The notes beneath the pieces are model-generated. The model saw nothing but the letters and a program-made list of their open reading frames with translations. It was not told the origin of the DNA and ran no database searches. Positions 48,831-57,808 of a stretch of 64,000 nt of DNA are shown piece by piece. The position numbers and the translations under genes are program-made. Source of the DNA: Candidatus Daviesbacteria bacterium (lineage in GTDB: Bacteria > Patescibacteriota > Microgenomatia > Daviesbacterales > UBA10151). The stretch is taken from NCBI GenBank assembly GCA_028715175.1, contig JAQUSJ010000001.1, positions 610,386-674,385 on the forward strand, in the 5' to 3' direction. Position 1 is the stretch's first letter. Every line of letters begins with the position of its first letter.

Positions 48831-49589
48831 ATGGACAACTCCTTTGAACCTGCAAGCCTTCACGAGCAAGCAATTAATGCAGCGCTGGATTCCAATTGGG
48901 AACTGGCAATTAAACTTAATAAACAAGTCATAAAAATTGACCCGCAAAACGTAGATGCCCTCAACCGCCAGGCTAAAGCTTACATGGAGCTTGGCAGAGC
49001 GAATTTGGCAAAAAAATACTACTCGGAAGCCTTAAGCGTTGATCCTTATAACCCGATTGCCCAAAAAAACTTAAAGATTATAAAATCTTTTAAATCCAAC
49101 CGGTGCAAACTAACGACTCAGGGCCCTAATAACAAACAATCCTCCGCCGGCTGCGTCCATACCAAACTTTCCCCATCCCTTTTTTTACAAGAACCGGGTA
49201 AAACAAAAATTGTGAGTCTTTTGAAAGTAGCCGAACCTCAAAAACTTGTCTCCGCCTTTTGCGGAATGAAGGTAGAAATGGCAATAAAAAACAGAAAAAT
49301 TACCATCACTGATTTAAACGGGGATTATCTTGGGGTGCTGCCCGACGACATTAACCATCATTTGCTGAGACTGTCCAAAGGAGGCAACAAATATGAATTA
49401 TTTGTCAAGTCTGTCAGAATAAACAGCCTGTCTGTCATTATTAAAGAAACTTTCCGAAGTAAAAAATTTAAAAACCAGCCGTCTTTTTTGGAATATTCTA
49501 ACTCCAGTGTCACAACAGACATCTTGACCTCGTTTGATGGAGCCAATAGCGAAGAAGATGAAGATGTTGAAGAGGAACAAGAAACCTAA
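48831..49589 (+). CDS. TPR-repeat protein with an acidic C-terminal tail
   Basis: TPR-like helices (AYMELGRANLAKKYYSEALSVDPYNPIAQKNL) are present. The C-terminus is EEDEDVEEEQET. Confidence 0.5.
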   Translation: MDNSFEPASLHEQAINAALDSNWELAIKLNKQVIKIDPQNVDALNRQAKAYMELGRANLAKKYYSEALSVDPYNPIAQKNLKIIKSFKSNRCKLTTQGPNNKQSSAGCVHTKLSPSLFLQEPGKTKIVSLLKVAEPQKLVSAFCGMKVEMAIKNRKITITDLNGDYLGVLPDDINHHLLRLSKGGNKYELFVKSVRINSLSVIIKETFRSKKFKNQPSFLEYSNSSVTTDILTSFDGANSEEDEDVEEEQET

Positions 49590-50269
49590 ACCTTTAAAAG
49601 ACGCATTATCCCTTCGGAATCTAAAATTGGTCCGGAATTGTTTTTGCTGAAACTTCTTGTTTTGTAGAATTCAATCATTTGTTTATTTGAAAACGGTCTT
49701 GGGATTTTAACAAGTCCTCCGGCATTCAAATTTTGCGCTGATGCAAGTATTTTCTTTCGTATGGGGTCCCTGGAAGAAACTGCAGCCCGGATTTGAGCTT
49801 GATCTTTACTAAGTATCACTTGCCAAAAAAAATGCTCATCCGGTTCAAGTTTAGGAAGATTGCTAAAAATATCACTGAAATGATCGGGGTTTAACTTGGC
49901 GGCCTCTTTTACTCCTACTTCCCAAACGAAAACTCTGCTGTCTGTAAATTCCGCCGCATAATCTTCCAATTCTAATAGATTTAGCTCGTTTTGAAACCTA
50001 TATAGAATATTTTTCGGACCAAAGACAGTAAGCGCTGTCTCGGACCCTTTTAAAAGCCTTTCAAAACTAACTATTCCCCCTTTGACAAGTACCTCTTGAC
50101 GGATGGTATCCAGAATTTTGACATCAAAAGTTTTAACCTGGCGTATGAGAAATAAACTATAATCCACATTGACTTTTTGAGGTATCTCCTGGTAATCCCT
50201 CATTGACCGGAATGCTAAAATAAACGATATCCCGATAACCAGTAAAAAAAGTAGTAGCCACAAAATCAT
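49586..50269 (-). CDS. Membrane-anchored hypothetical protein
   Basis: It has an N-terminal TM helix. No family was recognised. Confidence 0.4.
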   Translation of the reverse strand: MILWLLLFLLVIGISFILAFRSMRDYQEIPQKVNVDYSLFLIRQVKTFDVKILDTIRQEVLVKGGIVSFERLLKGSETALTVFGPKNILYRFQNELNLLELEDYAAEFTDSRVFVWEVGVKEAAKLNPDHFSDIFSNLPKLEPDEHFFWQVILSKDQAQIRAAVSSRDPIRKKILASAQNLNAGGLVKIPRPFSNKQMIEFYKTRSFSKNNSGPILDSEGIMRLLKV

Positions 50270-50281
50270 GGTGATAATAAA

Positions 50282-51283
50282 TTATTTGTTTAAGTAATCT
50301 TCTCCGATAAATAAATTTATCTGGGCGCGAGAAGAAGTTACATCTTCTGAAGAACCAATTGTATCACAAAAAACCTGCCGTATTCTTTTTAAAGTAAGCG
50401 ACTCCTCTCCCTGCGCTGTTGTCTTTTTTAATCTTTCCCTGGCATTATTCATAATAATCACGTTACCGCCCAGATTCGTAATTAGCCTAGCCCATTTCCC
50501 CGCCAGCTGAACCTTATCTGTTGCATTGAAAACCGCAATAGTTTTATGTTCCGAAACAATCGCAGGATCTACAAAATCAGATAAAACGCTGTCCAGCTTA
50601 ATTGGATCTGTTATCAGCACCCCTGTACCATCAGGAAGATTCTCCCGCTCCAGCACGCCAAGATCAACAAGATCCAATTCTTTAACCTTGTCAAACCTCA
50701 CCCTGCTTAGGCTAACTTTAAGCCTTAAAAGCTCCCATATTGTTAAGTCAGTCTTTAAAGAAGATAATAAATTTAAGCCTGAAAAAGGATTTTTCTTAAG
50801 TATTTCCACTATTTCGGAAGCGGATTTTGACGGTTGAAGCGAGCTAAAATCCAAAAATCCGTCAATGGGCACGGCAAAAAAACTCGTTAACGTATCCTTT
50901 AATAAACGGTCTCCACCCATCCCCTTTTGAGTTTGTCCAAGTTCGTATACGGCACGGAGCTGCCATAACCCAAATCCAAAAGGCACGTCTAAAAAAAGCT
51001 CGTCCGGCGCTTTTATGATAGTTATTTTTTCTTCTTTCGGGTTATAAGAGAACAAAGCGATATGCGAAGTTCTAACTAACAGATTGATATTAAATTCCCC
51101 ATTCCAGACATAGTTTCGCTGCTGATTGACTGCTCCTAAAGGGCTAAATAGGCGCTGCGTAAATTGAATTACCCAGGACAGAATCAACATTCCCGCTACC
51201 AATGCTAAAACGAAAATCGCAAGTTTTGTTCTTCTGTTCTGCTTTATTCTGGATTGAACATCCTTCCAGCCTTTTTTCCGCAT
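50282..51283 (-). CDS. LytR-CpsA-Psr (LCP) family cell-envelope phosphotransferase-like protein
   Basis: It has an N-terminal TM segment, an LCP-like core (RTSHIALFSYNPKEEKITIIKAPDE) and a C-terminal LytR_C-like domain (IAVFNATDKVQLAGKWARLITNLGGNVI). Confidence 0.55.
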   Translation of the reverse strand: MRKKGWKDVQSRIKQNRRTKLAIFVLALVAGMLILSWVIQFTQRLFSPLGAVNQQRNYVWNGEFNINLLVRTSHIALFSYNPKEEKITIIKAPDELFLDVPFGFGLWQLRAVYELGQTQKGMGGDRLLKDTLTSFFAVPIDGFLDFSSLQPSKSASEIVEILKKNPFSGLNLLSSLKTDLTIWELLRLKVSLSRVRFDKVKELDLVDLGVLERENLPDGTGVLITDPIKLDSVLSDFVDPAIVSEHKTIAVFNATDKVQLAGKWARLITNLGGNVIIMNNARERLKKTTAQGEESLTLKRIRQVFCDTIGSSEDVTSSRAQINLFIGEDYLNK

Positions 51284-51365
51284 ACTCTCATGTTACCTAA
51301 TCGGGTATTGACCTGGCAACTAGTTATTAGTTAAAGTGAATAATGAAGGGGGGTGAATTAAAATA

Positions 51366-51578
51366 ATGGATGATCAAAATAATCCCGGAGGCGCTATTCC
51401 AACTGACCCAAACCAGGGCCAGCCGGCAGAACCAACTGTTCCGCCGCCAGCAGAACCTGAAGTGCCAGGTGTGCCGCAAACTCCTGAGCCACAAGCTCCT
51501 GAGCAACCTACACCCTCTTTACCTACTGAACCTGAAAATGGAAGCGGTGAACAAGGTGGAAACGCACCAGCGGTTTAA
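51366..51578 (+). CDS. Small Pro/Glu-rich secreted or disordered protein, hypothetical
   Basis: A strong SD (GAAGGGGGGTGA) sits upstream of the ATG. The 70-aa low-complexity product is GC-rich. The overlapping ORF at 51370..51630 is judged spurious. Confidence 0.35.
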   Translation: MDDQNNPGGAIPTDPNQGQPAEPTVPPPAEPEVPGVPQTPEPQAPEQPTPSLPTEPENGSGEQGGNAPAV

Positions 51579-51580
51579 AA

Positions 51581-51913
51581 CTATATATGGGTATATGAGG
51601 TATGCAAAGTTAAAATTGTGTACCTCATAACCCATAGAGGCCTCCTTTGTATTACCTGACCGTATAAGTTACTGTGTGAATCTATTGCAACAAACATGAT
51701 CTCAGTAGTTTTCTTTCTATAAATGGCTCGCAGGTCACCCGTTATATTAATGCTTCTATATCCTGAATACTTACCTTTTAATGAATGATTATTTAAGACA
51801 GGATTGAATTCATCATCCTCGAAAAGGAATATTCTCTTTTCAAATTTTTCTTTTATTTTTTTAGATAATCTCTGATAAGCTTTTTTAAAACCTTTATTGT
51901 AGAGAATAATCAT
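51581..51913 (-). CDS. Type II toxin, RelE/YafQ-family mRNA interferase
   Basis: KGKYSGYRSINITGDLRAIYR...SHSNLYG is colinear with YafQ (WKGYRDAHVEPDWILIYK...). It overlaps the upstream antitoxin gene by 4 nt. Confidence 0.6.
   Translation of the reverse strand: MIILYNKGFKKAYQRLSKKIKEKFEKRIFLFEDDEFNPVLNNHSLKGKYSGYRSINITGDLRAIYRKKTTEIMFVAIDSHSNLYGQVIQRRPLWVMRYTILTLHTSYTHI
51590..51643. terminator. Long imperfect hairpin between convergent genes (atatgggtatatgaggta...tacctcataacccatag)
   Basis: It has a roughly 15-bp stem and sits between the 51366..51578 (+) gene and the yafQ-like (-) gene. Confidence 0.5.
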
Positions 51914-52185
51914 GGGGAATTAAGAGATTCAAGAAAATCTTTTGCTGTTTTAAAACGGGGAGACAGATTACGATCATGCTTTATATCGTCTTCTACTCTA
52001 TCCAGCAATTTTTCCAGTTCAGGAGTCATTTGAGGAATATCGGAAAAGACAACTTCCCTGGTTCTGATAAAATTCCGGAGAGCTGCGTTGATTACATCAG
52101 ACAAGGATAATCCCAAATCTTTGGCTGCTTTTTGAGCATTCTTTTTAACTTCATAATCAGCTTTAATATGGATTACTGTAGTCAT
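51910..52185 (-). CDS. Type II antitoxin, RelB/DinJ family
   Basis: IKADYEVKKNAQKAAKDLGLSLSDVINAALRNF resembles the DinJ ribbon-helix-helix N-terminus. It lies immediately upstream of the toxin. Confidence 0.6.
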   Translation of the reverse strand: MTTVIHIKADYEVKKNAQKAAKDLGLSLSDVINAALRNFIRTREVVFSDIPQMTPELEKLLDRVEDDIKHDRNLSPRFKTAKDFLESLNSP

Positions 52186-52218
52186 ATAACTAAAGTATAC
52201 ACAATGGTTACATAGTTG

Positions 52219-53925
52219 TCAACCCCAGGACAGTGTTTTACGGGAGAGTTTTTCCAGTTCAATTCTGGGCCGGTCTTTAAAATAACTTTTCTCGCTTAAA
52301 TGATCTCTTAACATATCCAATAACAAATCTCCTGCCATTACTTCCGGCAGTATAACTAAATCCGCTCCCAGTTTATACAACCCTTGGGCTTCTCTGATGG
52401 TTTCTGCCCTGACTATTATCGGTATGTTAATATTCCTAAGCTTTAAATCTTCCAGTAAAGTTTTACTATCCCCGAGGTCGGGTGCGGTTGAAATAATCAT
52501 TTTTGCCGTATCTAAATTTAGTATGTCTAAAACTTCCGGGTCGGACATATCCCCGTAAATAACGGGTATTTCCTCTTTCAATAACGTTTCAACCTGATGG
52601 GGATTAAAATCCAGAACTACCATCGGATGTTTTTCCTTTTTTAAAAACCTGACTATCTCCCCGCCCACCCGATGAGCCCCTACCACCACTACATGATCTG
52701 ATAATTCCGCATCCGCTTCTTTTTCAAATACCAGATGCTTCCTTCTTTCAAAAAATGAAACTGCGGAAGAAACCAATTTGTAGATCGTATGAGATTTCGA
52801 GATTATCAAAGATGATGCAATAAATGAAATAACAGAAGACAGGGCAATTACCGTCAAAGCATTCTGGCTAACCAGATTTGCCTTAAATCCGATTAGCAGG
52901 ATAATCATGGAAAATTCGGAAACCTGTGATAAGTTAATCGCGGTTTTAAACATGGTATGCTTTCTAAAACCGAATAGACCAAACAGAAGCAAGAAAATCA
53001 CCGGTTTAATCAAAATTACATAAGTTGTAAAAATTAAAATCAGCGGCAACAGAGAGATATTGTTTAGCGAAAAATTAACCCGTGTACCTAAATAGACAAA
53101 GAAAAGGGCGGTAAAAAAATCCCGCATGGGTTTAATCTTACCTTGAATATGGAAATGATAAGGGCTGGATGCCAAAGCCACCCCGGCCAAAAAAGCCCCG
53201 ATGAGTATGGAAAAACCCATTAACATAGACAAGGTGATAAATCCGAAACACCAAGCTAGCGCAGTTAATAAAAGCAGCTCGCCTGAATCGGAGATAGCCT
53301 TAAAAACAACGGATAAAATATAACGGCTTATCAGGATCGCCATAGAAAAAAGAATCACCACTTTAAGAACCAGGACAGAAAGCGACATGATATTAGATTC
53401 TCCTATGTTCAAGATTGACATCGAAGAACCTATGATCAAAAGAATAACAACAGCCAGTAAATCTTCCAAAAGCAGCACCCCGACTGACAGTTTCCCGTAT
53501 AGAGAAGTTAAGTCCTTTTTGTCAATCAGCAATTTTACTACCAGCATAGTTGATGAAAAAGATAAACCCAACCCCAAATATATTGCTTCCCGGGTATTAA
53601 AACCAAAACTCTGGGCAATGTATGTGCCGAGTGTAGCGGTAATAACCACTTGCAAAATACCGGCAGTCAGGATTTGTCTGCCAAAATTCTTAAGTTCCCG
53701 GAGATCCAACTCCATCCCCACTAAAAATAAAACAAAAGCAATGCCGATATCAGGTAAAAAAGATAAAGCCAAAGACTTGCTAACATCAAAAGTAGCGGCA
53801 ATAGAAAGCAGTAAACCGGTGACAAGATAAGCGATTAAAAGGGGTAATTTAAACTTATAAACAATCATCCCCAGGATGGATGAAAAGCTTAAAATAATGG
53901 CAAGTTGTATAAAAATATTGTTCAT
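52219..53925 (-). CDS. Cation:proton antiporter (CPA2, Kef-type) with a C-terminal RCK/TrkA-N domain
   Basis: It has about 12 TM segments plus the Rossmann motif VVVVGAHRVGGEIVRFL...VVLDFNP. Confidence 0.8.
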   Translation of the reverse strand: MNNIFIQLAIILSFSSILGMIVYKFKLPLLIAYLVTGLLLSIAATFDVSKSLALSFLPDIGIAFVLFLVGMELDLRELKNFGRQILTAGILQVVITATLGTYIAQSFGFNTREAIYLGLGLSFSSTMLVVKLLIDKKDLTSLYGKLSVGVLLLEDLLAVVILLIIGSSMSILNIGESNIMSLSVLVLKVVILFSMAILISRYILSVVFKAISDSGELLLLTALAWCFGFITLSMLMGFSILIGAFLAGVALASSPYHFHIQGKIKPMRDFFTALFFVYLGTRVNFSLNNISLLPLILIFTTYVILIKPVIFLLLFGLFGFRKHTMFKTAINLSQVSEFSMIILLIGFKANLVSQNALTVIALSSVISFIASSLIISKSHTIYKLVSSAVSFFERRKHLVFEKEADAELSDHVVVVGAHRVGGEIVRFLKKEKHPMVVLDFNPHQVETLLKEEIPVIYGDMSDPEVLDILNLDTAKMIISTAPDLGDSKTLLEDLKLRNINIPIIVRAETIREAQGLYKLGADLVILPEVMAGDLLLDMLRDHLSEKSYFKDRPRIELEKLSRKTLSWG

Positions 53926-54698
53926 ATACAGGATGACAATTGCTGAAGCGCTTTCTCAAGATCCTCAGGCAAGAGACTCGTTAGCTCCATCCACTCCCCG
54001 CTTACCGGATGCCTAAACCCGATTTTAGCCGCATGTAAAAACATTCTCGGACACCATCTTTTATCTAATCTGACCATCTTACGGCCGGCGTACTTTTCGT
54101 CTGAAACGATTGGATGATTGATATATTTTAAATGTACCCTAATTTGATGTGTCCGTCCAGTTTTTGGTTTACACTTTAAAAGAGTAAAAAGTTGGTAGTT
54201 CATAGTTCGTAGTTTACGAAGTTGAATCTTATTGAATCCTTCAAAAATCTTTTCTATCAACTCCGAACTCATAACTAATAACTTGACGGGTTCATATTCC
54301 GTCACTGCCTCCCTCGCCTCCAGGGGGACGCCTTGCGAGGCTACAGTAAACTTTTCTCTATTTAATGGATTTCTGATGATAGATGCATCCACTATCCCAA
54401 TGTCTTTAATATGCCCATGAACCAATGCTAAATATTCTTTTTTGACTATTCTTTCTTTAAATTGGCTTTGTAAATTTTCCAAAACTGCTTGAGTTTTAGC
54501 TATCAAAATTAATCCCGAAGTATCTTTATCCAACCTGTGCGCTATCCCGCCACGGAAAAGCTTAATGTTAAAGTCTTTTTGCAAAATATCAGCTAAAGTT
54601 TCTCCCTTAACGCTTTCAGCAGGATCAACTACTAACCCCGGAGGTTTATCCAATACCAATAACTGGTTATCCGAATAAATAATTTTTGGGATAATCAT
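53922..54698 (-). CDS. RluA-family 23S rRNA/tRNA pseudouridine synthase
   Basis: It has the catalytic Asp motif GIAHRLDKDTSGLILIAKT and a downstream HQIRVHL. Confidence 0.8.
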   Translation of the reverse strand: MIIPKIIYSDNQLLVLDKPPGLVVDPAESVKGETLADILQKDFNIKLFRGGIAHRLDKDTSGLILIAKTQAVLENLQSQFKERIVKKEYLALVHGHIKDIGIVDASIIRNPLNREKFTVASQGVPLEAREAVTEYEPVKLLVMSSELIEKIFEGFNKIQLRKLRTMNYQLFTLLKCKPKTGRTHQIRVHLKYINHPIVSDEKYAGRKMVRLDKRWCPRMFLHAAKIGFRHPVSGEWMELTSLLPEDLEKALQQLSSCI

Positions 54699-55084
54699 TA
54701 ACTCTTTTGCAGGTAACTTTTGACCTCTGTTAAAACTTGATCCGGGTTTAAGGCGGATTTAATTAAATACCCTGCTGCCCCTAAATCAAAACACTCTTTG
54801 ACAACCGAATCCTGCCCTAAATTTGTTAAGATGACAACAGTCACATTTGACGACTTGGCAGGCTTTAGTTTAAGATCTCTTAAAATCTGCACGCCATCTT
54901 TTTTAGGAAGCATAATATCCAAGAGAACCAGGTTGTATTCATTACTTTGTATTTTAGATAAACCGACCTCTCCGTCCGCCGCAACATCTATAAAATAACC
55001 CTCCGCCTGTAAAAGCTCTTGATAAAACTCCCTTAAAAACTGGTCGTCTTCTACAAGAAGAATTTTCTTTTGTTGATTATCCAT
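54698..55084 (-). CDS. Response regulator receiver-domain protein (stand-alone, CheY-like)
   Basis: ILLVEDD...LVLLDIMLPKKDG with the conserved Asp and Lys positions. It is 128 aa with no output domain. Confidence 0.75.
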   Translation of the reverse strand: MDNQQKKILLVEDDQFLREFYQELLQAEGYFIDVAADGEVGLSKIQSNEYNLVLLDIMLPKKDGVQILRDLKLKPAKSSNVTVVILTNLGQDSVVKECFDLGAAGYLIKSALNPDQVLTEVKSYLQKS

Positions 55085-55096
55085 AGTTTATCTATA

Positions 55097-56071
55097 TCAT
55101 AAAATGGCTGTAGGTTCCAATCCCTTGGCTTCACCTTTTGGTTTTACCTGATATTTATTTATATCTTTCAAAACAGCAGGTGTCGCAACTGGCAAAGACA
55201 CAATAAAAGTCGTTCCTTTGTTTGCTCCTTCGGACTTTGCCCAAATCCTCCCATGCATAAGTTCAACTAAATTTTTGGATATATAAAGTCCCAAACCGGT
55301 TCCTCCGGAAGTTGCAGCTGCCGTATAAGAAGTATCTAATCTGCCGAATTTATGGAACAATTTGCTTAGATCCTCTCTTGATATTCCTATTCCTGTATCT
55401 GATACTGAAATTTCAACTGTTTTGCCGTCACTAAAAAAATCGAAACTGATTTTTCCTCCGTTTGGGGTAAACTTCAGGGAATTTCCCACTAAATTAAGAA
55501 ATACCTGTCTAAGTTTTTCCGGGTCGGCAAATGCTTTGGGGACTTTAGCCTCTGACACAATAAATTGTATATTCTTCTCTTCCGATTTCGAATAATAAAC
55601 TTCATCAACAATATCCCGGATTAAAGAAAGAACGTCAATCGGTTCAGGGCTAATCTCAATTCTGCCTGATTCTATTCTGGAAATATTCAGCATATCGTTA
55701 ACCAGGTTGATTAAACGCTCGGTTGATATTAAAACTCTAACCAAATACTTCTCTAAAGTCTTGGATAAGGGAATATCGCTGCGGTGCAGCGCCATCCAGG
55801 CATAAGAACGGATTGCGGCCATTGGTGTACGCAGTTCATGCGAAGTAACTGATACGAAATCGTCTTTGGTCTTATCAAGCGCTTTTAATTTCTGATTGGC
55901 TTCTTCCAAAAGATTCAATGCCCGATGTAGCTCCTGATTAATTTTGATGTTATCCAAAGTGAGCGCTGTCAGTTTTTTGTTGATTGCTTCTAAATCCTTA
56001 ATTTTTCTATTGTAGAAAAAATTAATTATTAAAATGACTATCAAAAGTCCAACACTAACAGGAATTATCAT
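55097..56071 (-). CDS. Sensor histidine kinase
   Basis: It has an N-terminal TM segment, the H-box SHELRTPMAAI, N/G boxes (NLVGNSLKFT, DTGIGI, GGTGLGL), and sits adjacent to the response regulator. Confidence 0.8.
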   Translation of the reverse strand: MIIPVSVGLLIVILIINFFYNRKIKDLEAINKKLTALTLDNIKINQELHRALNLLEEANQKLKALDKTKDDFVSVTSHELRTPMAAIRSYAWMALHRSDIPLSKTLEKYLVRVLISTERLINLVNDMLNISRIESGRIEISPEPIDVLSLIRDIVDEVYYSKSEEKNIQFIVSEAKVPKAFADPEKLRQVFLNLVGNSLKFTPNGGKISFDFFSDGKTVEISVSDTGIGISREDLSKLFHKFGRLDTSYTAAATSGGTGLGLYISKNLVELMHGRIWAKSEGANKGTTFIVSLPVATPAVLKDINKYQVKPKGEAKGLEPTAIL

Positions 56072-56141
56072 TAAATTAAATTATATCGCATCTCTCGTTT
56101 TTTTACTAAATATTGCTTTTTTGCCTGGATGGCATTAGAAT

Positions 56142-56435
56142 GTGTTTAACATGCAAATACTGTTGCCGCTTACTATAAAAATAGTCATTGATAAACGTTC
56201 TAAAGATGCACCATTTGTAGCTTATACCCCGGAACTTGATGTTGCTTCCTGCGGTTTTACCGAAGAAAAGGCCCGAAAAAATCTGCAAGAAGCGGTAACT
56301 ATTGTTTTAGAAGAGGTAAAGAAAAAGGGCAAACTCAATGAATTACTTGAGGAATTGGGATTTCAGAAAGAAAAACAACAATGGATACCTCCCAGAATAA
56401 GCTTTGAACCCTTTTCCATTCCCCTTTCCAATTAA
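56142..56435 (+). CDS. Type II antitoxin HicB-like (UPF0150)
   Basis: FVAYTPELDVASCGFTEEKARKNLQEAVTIVLEE matches the HicB N-terminal domain pattern. Confidence 0.5.
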   Translation: MFNMQILLPLTIKIVIDKRSKDAPFVAYTPELDVASCGFTEEKARKNLQEAVTIVLEEVKKKGKLNELLEELGFQKEKQQWIPPRISFEPFSIPLSN

Positions 56436-56438
56436 CTT

Positions 56439-56669
56439 ATGCCTAAATTAAGCCCAATCCACTATAGGAAACTGGCAAAGGTATTTGAAAAGAAAGGATT
56501 TGTGTATGTACGCACCCAGGGAGACCATCTTGTTTATCAAAAAGTTGGAATCCTCCGGCCAATTGTAATTCCAAAATATAAAGAAATTCCAGAGTTTATC
56601 ATCTTAAAAAATCTCAAAACTGCAGGCATAACTAGAAAAGAATATTTGAACTTGCTCCAAAAAGTATAG
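56439..56669 (+). CDS. Type II toxin HicA-like (YcfA) mRNA interferase
   Basis: The 76-aa protein reads LAKVFEKKGFVYVRTQGDHLVYQK...RPIVIPKYKEIP, which is colinear with HicA. Confidence 0.55.
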   Translation: MPKLSPIHYRKLAKVFEKKGFVYVRTQGDHLVYQKVGILRPIVIPKYKEIPEFIILKNLKTAGITRKEYLNLLQKV

Positions 56670-56749
56670 CTACTTCTCTCACCTACAACAGCGGTTTAAC
56701 AACATCCTGCCTATCCTCTACCATAAAAACACCGCATCTTTATCAAGAT

Positions 56750-56758
56750 GTGGTATAA
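56750..56758 (+). promoter_or_regulatory. Extended -10 promoter element TGgTATAAT upstream of the duplicated gene pair
   Basis: A perfect TGnTATAAT at 56750-56758 is followed by a hairpin (ccgttaccaattaacgg) and an SD (GGGGGT) before the ATG at 56909. Confidence 0.4.
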
Positions 56759-56908
56759 TATACTAATAATATAGGTTAAAACCTATGACTAAGAATATAG
56801 GTTTGGAACTCGAGCTGCCAGACCCAAAAGAAAAACAGTACTTCTTCCAGGAAATACCGTTACCAATTAACGGTACATTAAAATTGGGTTTCAGTCAAGG
56901 GGGTAATT

Positions 56909-57772
56909 ATGGCTGGTGAAACTGTTACCCCATTTCCCGGTCCTTTTGAACATCATCCCAATCCTTTTGAACGTTTAGGCCACAAAGTCGAAACTGTTCT
57001 TCCGTGGCTTGGTAGACATTGGAAATCACTTTCTTTAGCTGCAGCCGCTGCAATAATTCCTGCGGCTGGTGCTGTTTATCTGTTTATTACCCATGACAGA
57101 GGTCCACAAACTTCCCCACAACCCAATAATCCTACCTCAGATACAATCAAAGATCCTAGTACGGAAATAGGCGCAACTATACCGACTCTTGTACCTAGAG
57201 AAGTTCCACCAACAGCTACTGCAACAGCAACTGCTACTTCTACCACTACCCCAGAAGTAAGGAAAGATATTCCTTGTGTCATTCTTCCAATTGAATATTG
57301 TTCTAAAGCAGAACTTGTAGAACGTATCAGTGCAAAAGGAGAATCTAGTAAGGGAGTTGGGGTTAAAGTAGATCCAGGCACTAAAATATTTTCACCTATA
57401 GCTGGTTCAGCCTCAAAAAGAGAATCTGATACTGGTTTTGTGGCTACTATTAATAATCCTAATGATCCTACTGGTCTAGTGCATGGTATACAAGGTGATA
57501 TAGTATTTTACAACCCAAATACAGAAGACAAAGTTGAAAAGGGACAAGAAATAGGATATGTTGGCACAAAACACTATCCCTCCCCTTTAGGTGATTATAA
57601 CCTCCGTATTAGTTCAAATATCATTGAAAATGGTAAGCTAGTTGATAATCCTGGTGCACTACAAAAGCTTTTTCCAGAGGCATTTGAAAATGGCGTTGTA
57701 AGGGTAATTGATCTGCGTAATTCTGATTCTACCTCTGCCAAAACAACATATTTAACTCCTTCGTACCGATAA
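56909..57772 (+). CDS. Membrane-anchored Pro/Thr-rich protein with a C-terminal degenerate LytM/M23-like domain (paralog 1)
   Basis: It has a TM anchor, then a PT-rich linker, then the domain VGVKVDPGTKIFSPIAGSA...GIQGDIVFYNPNTEDKVEKGQEIGYVG (M23-like topology without the HxH motif). Confidence 0.45.
   Translation: MAGETVTPFPGPFEHHPNPFERLGHKVETVLPWLGRHWKSLSLAAAAAIIPAAGAVYLFITHDRGPQTSPQPNNPTSDTIKDPSTEIGATIPTLVPREVPPTATATATATSTTTPEVRKDIPCVILPIEYCSKAELVERISAKGESSKGVGVKVDPGTKIFSPIAGSASKRESDTGFVATINNPNDPTGLVHGIQGDIVFYNPNTEDKVEKGQEIGYVGTKHYPSPLGDYNLRISSNIIENGKLVDNPGALQKLFPEAFENGVVRVIDLRNSDSTSAKTTYLTPSYR
57294..57732. repeat. 439-bp segment apparently 100% identical to 57990..58428 (3' halves of the paralog genes)
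   Basis: Direct comparison of the two stretches shows identity throughout; the divergence points are at 57293/57989 and 57733/58429. Confidence 0.85.
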
Positions 57773-57808
57773 TTGACATTTATACTCCTCGTCTTCTATT
57801 GTTAAGGT

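Noticed and set aside
51370-51630. Alternative 86-aa ORF overlapping the Pro-rich small gene in another frame
   Set aside because: It starts 4 nt after the SD-preceded ATG at 51366 in a different frame, and extends through the convergent terminator hairpin. The 51366 frame has the RBS.
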